Program-made: the position numbers and the translations under genes
NCBI GenBank assembly: GCA_030390025.1
Contig: CM059438.1
Location: 56,856,001 to 56,920,000 of the forward strand
Direction: 5' to 3'
DNA length: 64,000 nt
DNA from: Squalus acanthias
Lineage: Eukaryota
The notes under the pieces: model-generated
Databases searched by the model: none
Told to the model about the DNA's origin: nothing
The model's input: only the letters and a program-made list of their open reading frames with translations
In this document: positions 21,657 to 32,899 of the stretch, one piece after another
Position numbering within the stretch: the stretch's first letter is position 1
Layout of the letters: each line of letters starts with the position of its first letter

Positions 21657-23333
21657 TCACGTTCTGTATCGTGACATGAACCCGATATCGCGATTGAGGC
21701 CATCCTCATGAGTGCGGAACTTGGCTATCAGTTTCTGCTCTATGATTTTGCGCTGTCGTGTATCCCGAAGGCCGCCCTGGAGAACGCTTACCCGCAGATC
21801 CGAGGCTGAATGCCCCTGGCTGTTGAAGTGTTCCCCGACTGGGAGGGAACCCTCCTGCCTGGCGATTGTTGCGCGGTGTCCGTTCATACGTTGTCTCAGT
21901 GTCTGCATGGTCTCGCCGATGTACCATGCTCTGGAGCATCCTTTACTGCAACGTATCAGGTAGACAACTTTGGCCGAGTCACATGAGTATGTACCGTGTA
22001 CCTGGTGGGTAGTGTCCTCACGTGTGATGATGGTATCTGTGTCCATGATTTGGTATGTCTTGCAGAGGTTGCCGTGGCAGGGTTGTGTGGTGTCTTGGTT
22101 GCTGTTCTCCTGAAAGATGGGTAATCTGCTGCGAACGATGGTACTTTTGAGGTTAGGCGGCTGCTTGAAGGCGAGTAGTGGAGGCGTGGGGATGGCCTTA
22201 GCAAGGTGTTCATCGTCATCGATGACATGTTGAAGGCTGCGAAGAACATGGCGTAGTTTTTCCGCTCCGGGGAAGTACTGGACGACGTAGGGTACTCTGT
22301 TGGTTGTGTCCCGTGTTCGTCTTCTGAGGAGGTCTATGCGGTTTTTCGCTGTGGCCCGTCGGAACTGTCGATCAACGAGTCGAGCGTCATATCCCGTTCT
22401 TACGAGGGCGTCTTTCAGTGTCCGTAGGTGTCCATCGCGTTCCTCCTCGTCTGAGCAGATCCTGTGTATTCGCAGGGCTTGTCCATAGGGGATGGCTTCT
22501 TTAACGTGGTTAGGGTGGAAGCTGGAGAAGTGGAGCATCGTGAGGTTGTCCGTGGGCTTGCGGTAGAGTGAAGTGCTGAGGCGTCCGTCTTTGATGGAGA
22601 TTCGTGTGTCCAAGAATGAAACCGATTCTGAGGAGTAGTCCATGGTGAGTTTGATGGTGGGATGGAACCTGTTGATGCTATCGTGTAGTCCTTTCAGTGA
22701 TCCTTCGCCGTGGGTCCAAAGGAAGAAGATGTCATCGATGTATCTGGTGTACAGCGTTGGTTGGAGGTCCTGTGCAGCGAAGAAGTCTTGCTCGAACTTG
22801 TGCATGAAGATGTTGGCGTATTGGGGTGCGAATTTGGTCCCCATGGCTGTTCCGTGTGTTTGGGTAAAAAAATGGTTGTCGAAGGTGAAGACATTGTGGT
22901 CAAGGATGAAGCGGATGAGTTGTAGGATGGCGTCCGGAGATTGGCTGTTGTTGGTGTTGAGTACTGAGGCTGTCGCAGCGATGCCGTCATTGTGGGGGAT
23001 ATTGGTGTAGAGTGCCGATACGTCCATGGTGACGAGGAGTGTTCCTGGTTCAACTGGTCCATGGGTGCTGAGTTTCTGCAAGAAGTCTGTAGTGTCGCGA
23101 CAGAAGCTGGGGGTTCCCTGTACGATGGGTTTCAGGATGCCCTCGACGTACCCAGAGAGGTTCTCACACAGGGTTCCGTTGCCTGATACGATAGGACGTC
23201 CGGGTGTGTTGGCTTTGTGTATCTTTGGGAGGCAGTAAAAGTCTCCTACGCGGGGAGTACGTGGGATGAGAGCGCGTAGGATGTTTTGAAGGTCTGGATC
23301 GAAGGTCTTGATCAGTCTATTGAGTTGGCGGGT
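21657..23333 (-). CDS. Penelope RT plus GIY-YIG endonuclease ORF (N-terminally truncated, otherwise uninterrupted)
   Basis: Frame is open from the junction at 23333 to the stop at 21657: FYCLPKIHK..RPIVS, MDVSALYTNIP, GTAMG, RYIDD, FLD, LYRKPT, VVYLIRC..WYIGET..LRQRMNGHR, GLNRD. Confidence 0.9.
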   Translation of the reverse strand, partial: TRQLNRLIKTFDPDLQNILRALIPRTPRVGDFYCLPKIHKANTPGRPIVSGNGTLCENLSGYVEGILKPIVQGTPSFCRDTTDFLQKLSTHGPVEPGTLLVTMDVSALYTNIPHNDGIAATASVLNTNNSQSPDAILQLIRFILDHNVFTFDNHFFTQTHGTAMGTKFAPQYANIFMHKFEQDFFAAQDLQPTLYTRYIDDIFFLWTHGEGSLKGLHDSINRFHPTIKLTMDYSSESVSFLDTRISIKDGRLSTSLYRKPTDNLTMLHFSSFHPNHVKEAIPYGQALRIHRICSDEEERDGHLRTLKDALVRTGYDARLVDRQFRRATAKNRIDLLRRRTRDTTNRVPYVVQYFPGAEKLRHVLRSLQHVIDDDEHLAKAIPTPPLLAFKQPPNLKSTIVRSRLPIFQENSNQDTTQPCHGNLCKTYQIMDTDTIITREDTTHQVHGTYSCDSAKVVYLIRCSKGCSRAWYIGETMQTLRQRMNGHRATIARQEGSLPVGEHFNSQGHSASDLRVSVLQGGLRDTRQRKIIEQKLIAKFRTHEDGLNRDIGFMSRYRT

Positions 23334-24370
23334 GAACCTTGGTTAGACCACACTTAGAGTACTGCGTGCAGTTCTCATCGCCATATTATAAAAAGGATAT
23401 AGAGGCACTGGAGAGGGTGTAGAGAAGATTTACAAGGATGATACCAGAAATGCGAGGGTATACATATCACGGAAGGATGAACAGGCTGGGTCTCCTTTCT
23501 CTTGAAAAAAGAAGGCTGAGGGGTGACCTAATAGAGGTCTATAAAACTATGAGAGGTTTTGATAGAGTGGATACAGAGAGAATGTTTCCACTTGTGGGGA
23601 AGAGCAAAACTAGAGGCCATCAATATAAGATAGTCACCAAGAAATCAAATAGGGAATTCAGAAGAAACTTCTTTACCCAGAGAGTGGTGAGAATGTGGAA
23701 CTCGCTACCACAGGGAGTGGTTGAAGCGAATCGTATAGATGCATTTAAGGGGAGGCTAGACAAGCATATGAGGGAGAAGGGAATAGAGGGTTATGCTGAT
23801 AGATTTAGATGAGGAAAGACGGGAGGAGGCTCGTGTGGAGCATAAACTGGTTGGGCCGAATGGCCTGTTTCTGTGCCGTATATCCCGTGTAATCCTGTGT
23901 AATCCTTTACCCATATCCCTGCAATTTTTTTCTCCTTCAAGTATTTACCCAATTTCCTTTTGAAGTGTACTTTTTTTTATTCATTCCAAGATGTGGGCTG
24001 TTAGGGAGGGAGGGAGTTCCAGGATTTTGACCCAGGGACGATGAAGGAACGGTGATATATTTCCAAGTCAGGATGGTGTGTAACTTGGATGAGAACTTGG
24101 AGGTGATGGTGTTCCCATGCGCCTGCTACCTTTGTCCTTGAATTTGTATCCACCAGCCTATCAGGCAGTACATTCCAAATCCTAACCTCTGGTTGCGTAA
24201 AAATGTTTTTCCTCACATCGTCTCTGGTTCTTTTGCCAATCACTTTAAATCTGTGCCCTCTCATTATCGACCCTTCAGTGGAACAGGCTTGAGGGGCTGA
24301 ATGGCCTCCTCCTGTTCCCATGTCCAACCCTTCCAGGTGAAACTGCGGTTTAGTATACTGTATTCGCTGC

Positions 24371-25176
24371 TGTAAAAAATAGCTATTAGATTCATAGATG
24401 AAGTTTGACTCTTAGAACAGAAAGTAAAATGCAGTCAGGAACAAATGGTTGAAGTGTCAGCAAGGTCAAATAACAAACAGCAAAAGACAAATGGAAATGA
24501 TAAGAGGATTGTAAAATGCAAGAAAACACAGGATGATAATACCGTAGCTAGACAATAAGGAACCACAAAGTCATAAAATGTGCTTAAAGAAACATAACAA
24601 AACATTCCTCAGAAAGATAAGAGAAAGGCCTCATCAGCCATGCAGAAAGGGGCAGTGAGAAATGTCTTCCCGCACCACACTTGGATTATAGATGATTGAC
24701 ACTAGATAGATCACAGCCCACCGAAATAACTATAAATATAGAGGGCTGAGAGAGGGAATCAGACAGCGAGGGGCAAAGGCTTCTTCGAGGTGGAAATCAA
24801 TGCTGGCTCAGGCCTAACACCTTGACTAAGTTTAGCCTCTGAGGTGGATCAATGCTGGCTTATGCCTAACACCTCCAACAGCCCGGGGGACAAAATCAAC
24901 AGAGGTGACTGCTGTTACTGACTGCAGAGTCCCGCTGACACGAGACCTCCACGCTGTCTCATCGGGCATCTAACCAACCGCCCGTCCGGTCGTGGCATTC
25001 CAATTCGGGAGTCGTAGATCATTTCCTATTGTCACAGATTGCATGTCTATTATACTTGGCTTAAACCATATGTAATATCTGAATATGCTTTAAAACTGTA
25101 GCTCTTTAATAAAAAGCCTTGCAACTCCTAAGACCCTTTGGGTAATCTGTGTGTGACCTGTGATCCTAAACTTACA
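24371..25176 (+). mobile_element. Solo LTR (806 bp) with CTGC target-site duplication
   Basis: TGTAAA...CTTACA termini; CTGC at 24367-24370 and 25177-25180; TATAAA 24731-24736; AATAAA 25108-25113; 26-bp imperfect direct repeat at about 24797 and 24850. Confidence 0.88.
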
Positions 25177-25701
25177 CTGCTCACGATGCGGTCTCCTCTA
25201 CACTGGGGAGACCAAACACAGATTGGGTGACCGCTTTGTGGAACACCTCCGTTCAGTCCGTAAGCATGACCCCGAGCTTCCGGTCGCCTGTCACTTTATT
25301 TCTCCGCTCCACTCCCACTCTGACCTCTCTGTCCTTGGCCTCTTACACTGTTCCAAAGAAGTTCAACGTAAGCTCGAGGAACAGCACCTCATCTTTCGAT
25401 TAGGCACTTTACAGCCTTCTGGACTCAACATTGAGTTCAACAATTTCAGACCATGACCTCTGCCCCTATTTTTTCAAATGGCAGCTATTAATGTTTCTGC
25501 CATTCCCATTTACACCTCTTCTAGACTCATCTTTTGTTTCTTTACTTGTCCCATTACCATCTCCTTTAGCCTGCACCATCATCCCTTTTGTCATTTAATC
25601 TCTCCTGCCACCCATCCTATCACAGACCTTCCCTTTTGTTCTTTCCTCCCTTTCCCTGCCTCTGCACATGCTTAAAACCTGTTCCATCTCTAACTTCTTC
25701 C

Positions 25702-25738
25702 AGTTCTGACGAAGGGTCGTCGGCCTGAAAGGTTGATT
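25702..25738 (+). ncRNA. Hammerhead ribozyme-like motif, probably degenerate
   Basis: AGTT-CTGACGA-AGGGTCGTCGGCCT-GAAA-GGTT-GATT. Cores are intact; stem III is not self-complementary. Confidence 0.6.
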
Positions 25739-25809
25739 CTGTTTCTCTCTCCACAGATGTTGCCGGACGTGCTGAGGATTCCCAGCACTCTCTGTTTCTC
25801 TTCCAACTC

Positions 25810-26800
25810 TTTGCGCCGCTCCTCCAGCAGGTGGCGCTGTGGAGCCTCAGCCCCGCCCCCCCCATGGCCAGTTTGTTGTGGTTTCCATGGAGACGGTGGG
25901 CGTGTCCGGGGCGCGGTGGCCGGCGGGACGGTGGAGGAGTGGAGCGGGAGGACCGAGCAGGAGGGACGGCAGTCAGTCAGTTAGGCGGCGAGCAGGAGGG
26001 ACGGCATGTCGGTGAGTGAGCAGCGAGCGCCGCCGCCTCCTCCCCCTCAGACCCGCCGGCAGGAGCCGGGTCCCGACACCGCCAGCATGGCCAGGATGCC
26101 GGCCTGGAAGAGGGAGATCCTGGAGCGGCGGAAGGCCAAGCTGGCCAGCCCGGCGGCCGACGGCCGGAGCTGGGGCCGAAACAGGGCGGCGTCCCCTAGC
26201 AACCGGGCGGGTGAAGCCAGCCCGGGCCGGGGGGCTGAGGCCGGGCCGGGGGGCGCCGTGCTGCTCGAGAGCATCGCTCCCATCCAGGACAACCCGTTCA
26301 TCCAGCGGGAGCGGCGGCGGCGGGCGGAGCGGGAGTCCCCGGGCGGCGGCTCCACCACCTCCTCCTCCCCCTCGGCCCAGCCGGTGCAGCAGCTCCTCGA
26401 CCTGTACAGCCACATCCCGGGGGTCCGCACCATCCGCGCCGACAACATCATCATCATCGAGTCCGACCCCGACTACTTCACCGAGGCCGGCCCCCGCCCC
26501 GGCAGCCTGGGCGAGCTGCTGGCCCGCGGCGGCAAGGGCGGCGTGGCCGAGATCCGAGCGGCCGAGGTGCTCATCTACGAGGGCCCGCTGAGCCGCAGCG
26601 AGGAGAACCTCAGCACCCTGGGCGCCCAGGCGGCGGCGGCGGCCGGACCGGCCCACCTGCAGGGCAAAGTCAGCCGCATGCTGGAGAAGTTTGATCACAA
26701 CTACGTGAAGCCAGCCCGGTCGAGGAGCACGGAGAACCTGCTGGACGGCTTCTCCCCCTCCAGGGACCGGCACTGCAAGCCAGTCGCGTTGCCAAAACCC
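25810..26800 (+). promoter_or_regulatory. CpG island / TPRN promoter and 5' exon
   Basis: Sharp rise in GC and CpG content. CTCF match CCAGCAGGTGGCGCT 25824-25838, GC box GCCCCGCCCCC 25850-25860, X-box GTTTCCATGGAGAC 25881-25894. Confidence 0.8.
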
Positions 26801-28504
26801 CTCACCCTCAACAAGCACAGCCAAGGGCCGGCGTGGCCAGAAGCCCAGGTCAGCCCCTTCCCCGAGGGTGGCAGGTCACCTGGCCCTCACTCGGACAGTG
26901 TGTCTCCGGCTCACCCCAAATCCTCCCCGTTGTTCTCGCCCACCAGATATTCTGCCCCTCTGTCTCCTAGCCGCGCATCTTCTGCCCCCCTTGTAGCCTC
27001 ACGGGATCAAGGGACGCCTAAACTGGGTGCCAGTGATCGGTCTGTGTCTGAAGATAGACCCTACTCTGTGTCCTCTTATCGGAAGCAGTTTGAAAATAGC
27101 CCCGCCGATGGGTGGCAGCTGAAGCAGAAGGACTCTCCCACTAGGAAAGTCCCGTCTCACAGGGCCAACGAGAACATCTTGACAGATGGGACCACCAAGG
27201 AGAATAAGTTCGTGGAGAATGGTCTCCCAGAGCTCCATTTAATGGGGACCGCTGCATTCTCTGTGAAGGAAGGAGAGGTGGACAATGAAGATCGGGTAGA
27301 TCCAAATGGCATTGGGAGCGGTCGGGTGCCTTATTCTCTTAGTGCTCCCAGCAATGAGGTTTCCAAAGGGACTAATACATGGAGGCCAAAGTATGAGCTG
27401 GATATAAAGAGAACTTCAAAATCAAGTCCTGAAACACCCCAGCCTACTGCATCTGCAAAACCCAGTGCCACTCCCTTGGGGAAGGTGAAGCAGAACCACG
27501 AAGTGGACGGTTCAGCCAAAGTGACTCCAAACCAATGCAATGGCGTGTCTGCTTCCACCAGTCTGAACAACTCCTTTCAGATCGTACCTGCCACACCTCC
27601 AGATTTTTCATCCATTCCAGAAGATGATATCCAGGCAAGGGCACTAGCAAACCTCAAAAAACAGTCCAAGAACTCATTTGTTGTGATTCCAAAGAGGAAA
27701 GTGGGTGCCGCTGTTTGTGATTATAGGGAAACTAACGATAAAACTCGTGAAAAGCCAAAACTTGAAAACGGTGCTTCCACTTCTGTTGAGGTTCAAACAA
27801 GCACAATTTCAGCTGTTTCTTCGGAAAGGATCAGCCCATCTGATCATAGACAGAGCAAAGAAGGAAAACTATCTGTTGCAGAGCCTCCTCTTCCAAAAGC
27901 AGATTCCAAGCTAAAGGAGGAAGACACTTTGCATAAACCTACGTCAAGGGGTAGCTATGACGTCTCTTCTAAGCATAGGAGTGCGCAACTTTCAGGTGGG
28001 GAAGGAACGACTGGTCTGTTGCCTACTGAGATGTCAGAAGCAGAGCGGGATGCTGAATCCACTATAATATTAATTAGAAAAGTGTCTCGGATTGAAGACG
28101 ACCTCCCAGTCACTAACATAGATGATATCTTGGTGACAGAAGAGAAAGACACTCCCAAACAGCCAACTAGGGCCAAATCCGCTGTAACAAAGGACAAGCC
28201 TCCTGAAGAATCCTTTGGTGGTCTACAGCACCCCTCTGTGCAGCGAAAAAGTGGGAACACCTTCACCATTGTTCCTCAGCGAAAGCCAGCTCGCAGTGGC
28301 CAGGAGCCCTCTGTCAATGCAAATGAGATCTCTCCGGCAAATGGGACTGATGAGCAGTCGGTGGAAGATCCTGATCCAACACTTGCCAAACTGGGGGTGT
28401 TACTAAAGAAGCGCTATCCTCCTGCTGAGGAGATACAGGTGATAGGAGGGTATCTGTCATTGGAGAGATCCTGTTTGTCCAAGGGTGGCTCCATGAGAAA
28501 GAAG
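26006..28504 (+). CDS. TPRN: Taperin, first coding exon (833 codons, phase-0 donor)
   Basis: MPAWKREILERRKAKL, LLESIAPIQDNPFI, YSHIPGVRTIRADNIIIIE, EIRAAEVLIY, GKVSRMLEKFD and KKRYP..EIQVIGGYLSLERSCLSKG..RKK match taperin (phostensin/taperin family; the middle motifs favour TPRN over PPP1R18). Donor AAG|GTAGGC at 28504/28505. Alternative ATGs at 26087 and 26096. Confidence 0.88.
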
Positions 28505-30174
28505 GTAGGCATACTGATTCAAATGGCATCTTGGGATCTGTGTGTGACGTGAATTTATAGGGAAAAAGAATGGGGGTTGTCATTTCTTCTAGTGGGTTTG
28601 ACCCAAAGAAGGTCTCTTGACTAAGGTTGCCGATCTTTTTCTTTTTACTGTGTATCCTTGAACGTGCTGCAGTACTGCGATCACAAAAAGTGATATTGGT
28701 TTCTAAAACATGGTATAGCATGCAGAGTAAAGCTCCTACCCAGTAATATTCTTTAACCTTAAAGTAAGAGGCCGCCCCCTCCAATGCAATATTTTCATTA
28801 CCATCCTTGTGGCCTCAGATTGCCAGTTTGGTCCCATATTATGGTAGTTTTGTGCTGTGGGACCATGGCCTTCAGCAAGATGACATTCTCATTCTTAAGT
28901 GGGAATGAAAAGAATCCGCACAGGCTCTCCCACAACTGATTGGAAAGTGAAAGCCTATAGATCTGTGATCTGAAATCCCCATTATAATGAGTTATAGAAA
29001 CCCCACTGTGAGTGTGCTTCAGACAGGACGAGAACTTTGTGATCAGCAATCCACTTGTCCCAAAAATAAGTCTACCATAATTATCTGGTCAGTATAATTT
29101 GATATTTGTCCCATGCAGGGGAATATTTTGAGTTTAATTGTGATGATGACTGCTTTTACCAGGAGGGTAATAATAACTTGGAGCTGCTCAAAGTTCAGCT
29201 TTGCTGGTCATTTCAGAAACTGCGACCTTATTAAAAATGCAGCTGCTTTTAGTGACCCTTCAGAAAAGTTCACTTTGGTTTTACTGCATTGCCTTCCTGA
29301 GAAACGTTTGAGTAGATACAAGAACCGTTCTCTGAGGGGCTCCAATTTCTGGCTGAACAAACTTGTCACTGTGTATTGTGCATTTCCGGGATTGTCATTC
29401 TTGTGTCCGGCATATATTTTAGTTCTGTGAAAAGGAATTCTTGTCTGGAAGTCTGATCCCTAGTTCTGAGCTTCTGTAACTTGACTATAATTAGTTGGAT
29501 CTTGTACAAGAACCCAGAGGCTTTCGAACTCCAGGACAGTAACAGGGATTGTTAAATACTGACAAACCCACTGCACTGGACTGTGAATTACATACAAAGA
29601 GATTTCAGCCTGTTTGTAATAGGATGAACTGTTAATAAGGACAGAATGGAAATTGTGTGGCATTCTGTCAGTGATAGTAAATCTTCGTCATTTTAGAAAT
29701 TGGATTTCACGAAAGGACCAAGTAACTGGGGCGGGGGAAGCTGCATTTCGGAGGACTGTAAGCTGAATTGAGATATTGAGTTTTTTTTTTCCTTGTTTCC
29801 TGTTGGAAATTTCTGGTTTCAGAAATGTAGAGAAATGTGGACATGGGTTTTTCTGAAACTTTCCTGTGGCACCATCTGTTCAGTGTATTACAGGGAGTCT
29901 CCCCATACTGCTGCTGTTGGAAGATTTCTCAGCCTGACATTAGCACACACAAGATGTGAAGTGCTCTTGTTCTCTTATTCCATGCTGTAACATTTGGAAT
30001 GAGATGACCTGCGATATGGGATACACCTGTACATGAGGACTAGTTACTAAGCACATGGCACAACTGTGGGCGAAGGCCAGGCATTGTGGTGTGAAGTACA
30101 GCTGAGTCTGGGAAATGGGTGCTGGGTCATTTGGTGCACCTCAGTGTGAGGGGCAGATCCTGGGGCATGTGGCT

Positions 30175-31730
30175 TTTTTTACTCGCTTATGGGATCTGGA
30201 CGTCGCTGGCAAGGCCAGCATTTATTGCCCATCCTAGTTGCTCTTGAGAAGGTGGTGGTGAGCCGCCGCCTTGAACCGCTGCAGTCCGTGTGGTGAAGGC
30301 ACTCCCACAGTACTGTTAGGTAGGGAGTTCCAGGATTTTGGCCCAGCGACGATGAAGGATAGGCGATATACTTCTAAGTCAGGATGATGTGTGACTTGGA
30401 GGTGGTGCTGTTCCCATGTGCCTGCTGCCCTTGTCCTTCTAGGTGGATGAGGTCGCGGGTTTGGGAGGTGCTGCCGAAGAAGCCTTGGCGAGTTCCTGCA
30501 GTGCATCTTGTAGATGGTACACACTGCAGCCACGGTATGCCGGTGGTGGAGGGAGTGAATGTTTAAGGTGGTAGATGGGGTGCCAGTCAAACTGGCTGCT
30601 TTGTCCTGGATGGTGTCGAGCTTCTTGAGTGTTGTTGGAGCTGCACTCATCCAGGCAAGTGGAGAGTATTCCATCACACTCCTTATTTGTGCCTTGTAGA
30701 TGGTGGAAAGGCTTTGGGGAGTCGGGAGGTGAGACGCTCACCGCAGAATACCTAGCCTCTGACCTGCTCTTGTTGCCACTGTATGTATGTGGCTGGTCCA
30801 GTTAGGTTTCTGGTCAATGGTGACCCCCAGGATGTTGATGGTGGGGGATTCGGCGATGGTAATGCTGTTGAATGTCAAGGGGAGGTGGTTAGACTCTCGC
30901 TTGTTGGAGATCGTCATTGCCTGGCACTTCTGTGGCGTGAATGTTACCTGCCAATTATCAGCCCAAGCCTGAACGTCGTCCAGGTCTTGTTGCAGGCGGG
31001 CATGGACTGCTTCATTATCTGAGGAGTTGTGAATGGCACTGAACACTGTGCTGTCATCAGTGAACATCCCCATTTCTGACCTTATGTTGGAGGGAAGGTC
31101 ATCGATGAAGCAGCTGAAGATGGTTGGGCCTAGGAGACTGCCCTGAGGAACTCCTGCAGTGATGTCCTGGGGCTGTGATGATTGACCTTCAACCACCACA
31201 ACCATCTTCCTTTGTGCTAGGTATGACTCCAGCCAGTGGAGTGTTTTCCCCCTGATTCCCATTGACTTCAGTTTTACTGGGGCTCCTTCATGCCACACTC
31301 GGTCAAATGCTGCCTTGATGTCAAGGGCAGTCACTCTCCCCTCACCTCTGGAATTCAGCTCCTTTGTCCCTGTTTTGACCAAGGCTGTAATGAGGTCAGG
31401 AGTTGAGTGGTCTTGGAGGAACCCAAACTGGGCATCAGTGAGCAGGTTATTGGTGAGTAAGTGCCGCTTGATAGCACTGTCGATGACACCTTCCATCACT
31501 TAGCTGATGATTGAGAGTAAACTGATGGGGCGGTAATTGGCCGGATTGGATTTGTCCTGCTTTTTGTGGACAGGACACACCTGGGCAGTTTTCCACATTG
31601 CCGGATAGATGCCAGTATTGTAGCTGTACTGGAACAGCTTGGCTAGAGGCGTGGCTAGTTCTGGAGCACAAGTCTTCATCACGATAGCTGGGATGTTGTC
31701 GGGGCCCATAGCCTTTATCCAGTACTTCCG
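30175..31730 (-). mobile_element. 5'-truncated LINE of a second CR1-group family
   Basis: ORFs 31500-31733 (KAMGPDNIP, NYRPISLLS), 30738-31499 (ALDIKAAFDRVWH, GVPQGSLLGP, MFTDDST) and 30234-30677; tail GGGCAATAAATGCTGGCCTTGCCAGCGAC. Confidence 0.92.
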
Positions 31731-32899
31731 CATGTGGTGGGTGTGGACTAGGGAAATGCATTGTTAGCATGTGAGGACTGGGTGTTTGGGTGTGAGATAT
31801 GCTGATTGTTGAGGCTGAGTACACTCAGGCATACCTGAGACTGTTGTAAAGGGTGGAATTGTAAAATTGAGTGCTTTACTGGAAATACTTTATGATTTCC
31901 TTGAAAGATTTATTTTGCTGATACATAGCAAATTTATTAAGTTGGGTTTAGTTATAAAGTGGTTACCTCCACAGCCTCTTATCATCTCACTGCACCTCTT
32001 TATTATAGCTGTTAACTTTGATGATCTGTGCTGTATCCTCCTGTGTAACTAATCACCTACTTGGATCACACCGTGATAAAGTGAGTCATCTGAGGGGTCA
32101 AGAGTCATTCAGTTCATCGCCTGTGACCAAATCTCCAAGTGCAGAGGCTGATTGCCTCTGTGAGCCATCAGCAGGTGTGAATAGGTAATTTTAATATGTG
32201 AATTGGCTCTGGGGCAGTACTGTGTAAAGCCTGAAGGACTGCTTTCAGTTTGGGGTCAACCTGACCTGAATGCGATGGTGTCTGGCTGCGGGTGTAAACC
32301 AGGAAAGTCTGATTGTTCACGACAAGACTCTCGCCTGTCTATTCCTGGTGCAGTGTAACTGTCCACTCACTTCTGGGATTCGCAGGGTAGAGACAAAACC
32401 AGAAGAACAACATTCGGGGGGGGGGGGGGGAAGTATATTACAAATTAAAATGTTAAGTCCATTTTTCTAACTTGTAATGCATCAGGAATGTGAAAAATGG
32501 AGATCAAACTCTGACAGGCAGCCAGAAGAATTCAAACATATGCCAGTCCCCTGGGCTGCCTGTAAGCTGCTATGTAAAGTGGTACTCCCTATTGCTCGCT
32601 ATCTCTGCTTTATGTACACTGCACCTACAGCACACTGTCAACAATATGATTGTGTTGTTACTGAGTACAACAATAAAAGGTAAGGGTTCCATATCACCTA
32701 TGTGTTTTGATATGGAAAGGCAGGGTATTATCCTTCTCAGTGCCCACATGTTTGAGGATTTATGGATAAAACCATTTGTTCTGAAAGTGTCTCAAAGGAA
32801 TACTTCAGAGTCTAGAGCAATGATTTCCACACACAATCATTTTTTAAGAAGGGGAGTTTTATAGATCTTGTATTTCGCCAGTTCCCGACCAGCAAATGA

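Larger units (their letters stand above)
21334..23333 (-). mobile_element. Penelope-like retroelement (5'-truncated, young) with 12-bp TSD
   Basis: TSD GAACCTTGGTTA at 21322-21333 and 23334-23345; RT plus GIY-YIG ORF; hammerhead motif in the 3' terminal region. Confidence 0.93.
20793..23906 (+). mobile_element. 5'-truncated CR1 LINE interrupted by a Penelope insertion
   Basis: ORFs 20793-21285 and 23438-23812. CR1 sequence resumes exactly across the duplicated GAACCTTGGTTA; tail of ATCCTGTGTA-type repeats. Confidence 0.92.
24330..25805 (+). mobile_element. Penelope 3' fragment (GIY-YIG region plus 3' UTR), split by a solo LTR
   Basis: LVYCIRC (before 24370) joins SRCGLLYTGETKHRLGDRFVEH..KLEEQHLIFRLGTLQPSGLNIEF (25181-25456); hammerhead-like motif at about 25702. 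Confidence 0.85.

Noticed and set aside
25973..26824. 283-aa antisense ORF and other overlapping ORFs at the TPRN 5' end
   Set aside because: Expected shadow frames of GC-rich coding sequence; no recognisable motifs.
26006..28504. Assignment as PPP1R18 (phostensin)
   Set aside because: The IPGVRTIRADNIIIIE, IRAAEVLIY and KVSRMLEKFD blocks match taperin, and the phostensin N-terminal IPDWKLQLL segment is absent.
28505..28552. Last 15 codons of the 848-aa ORF as part of taperin
   Set aside because: They follow a good splice donor at the point where homology should continue with KISF; treated as intron.
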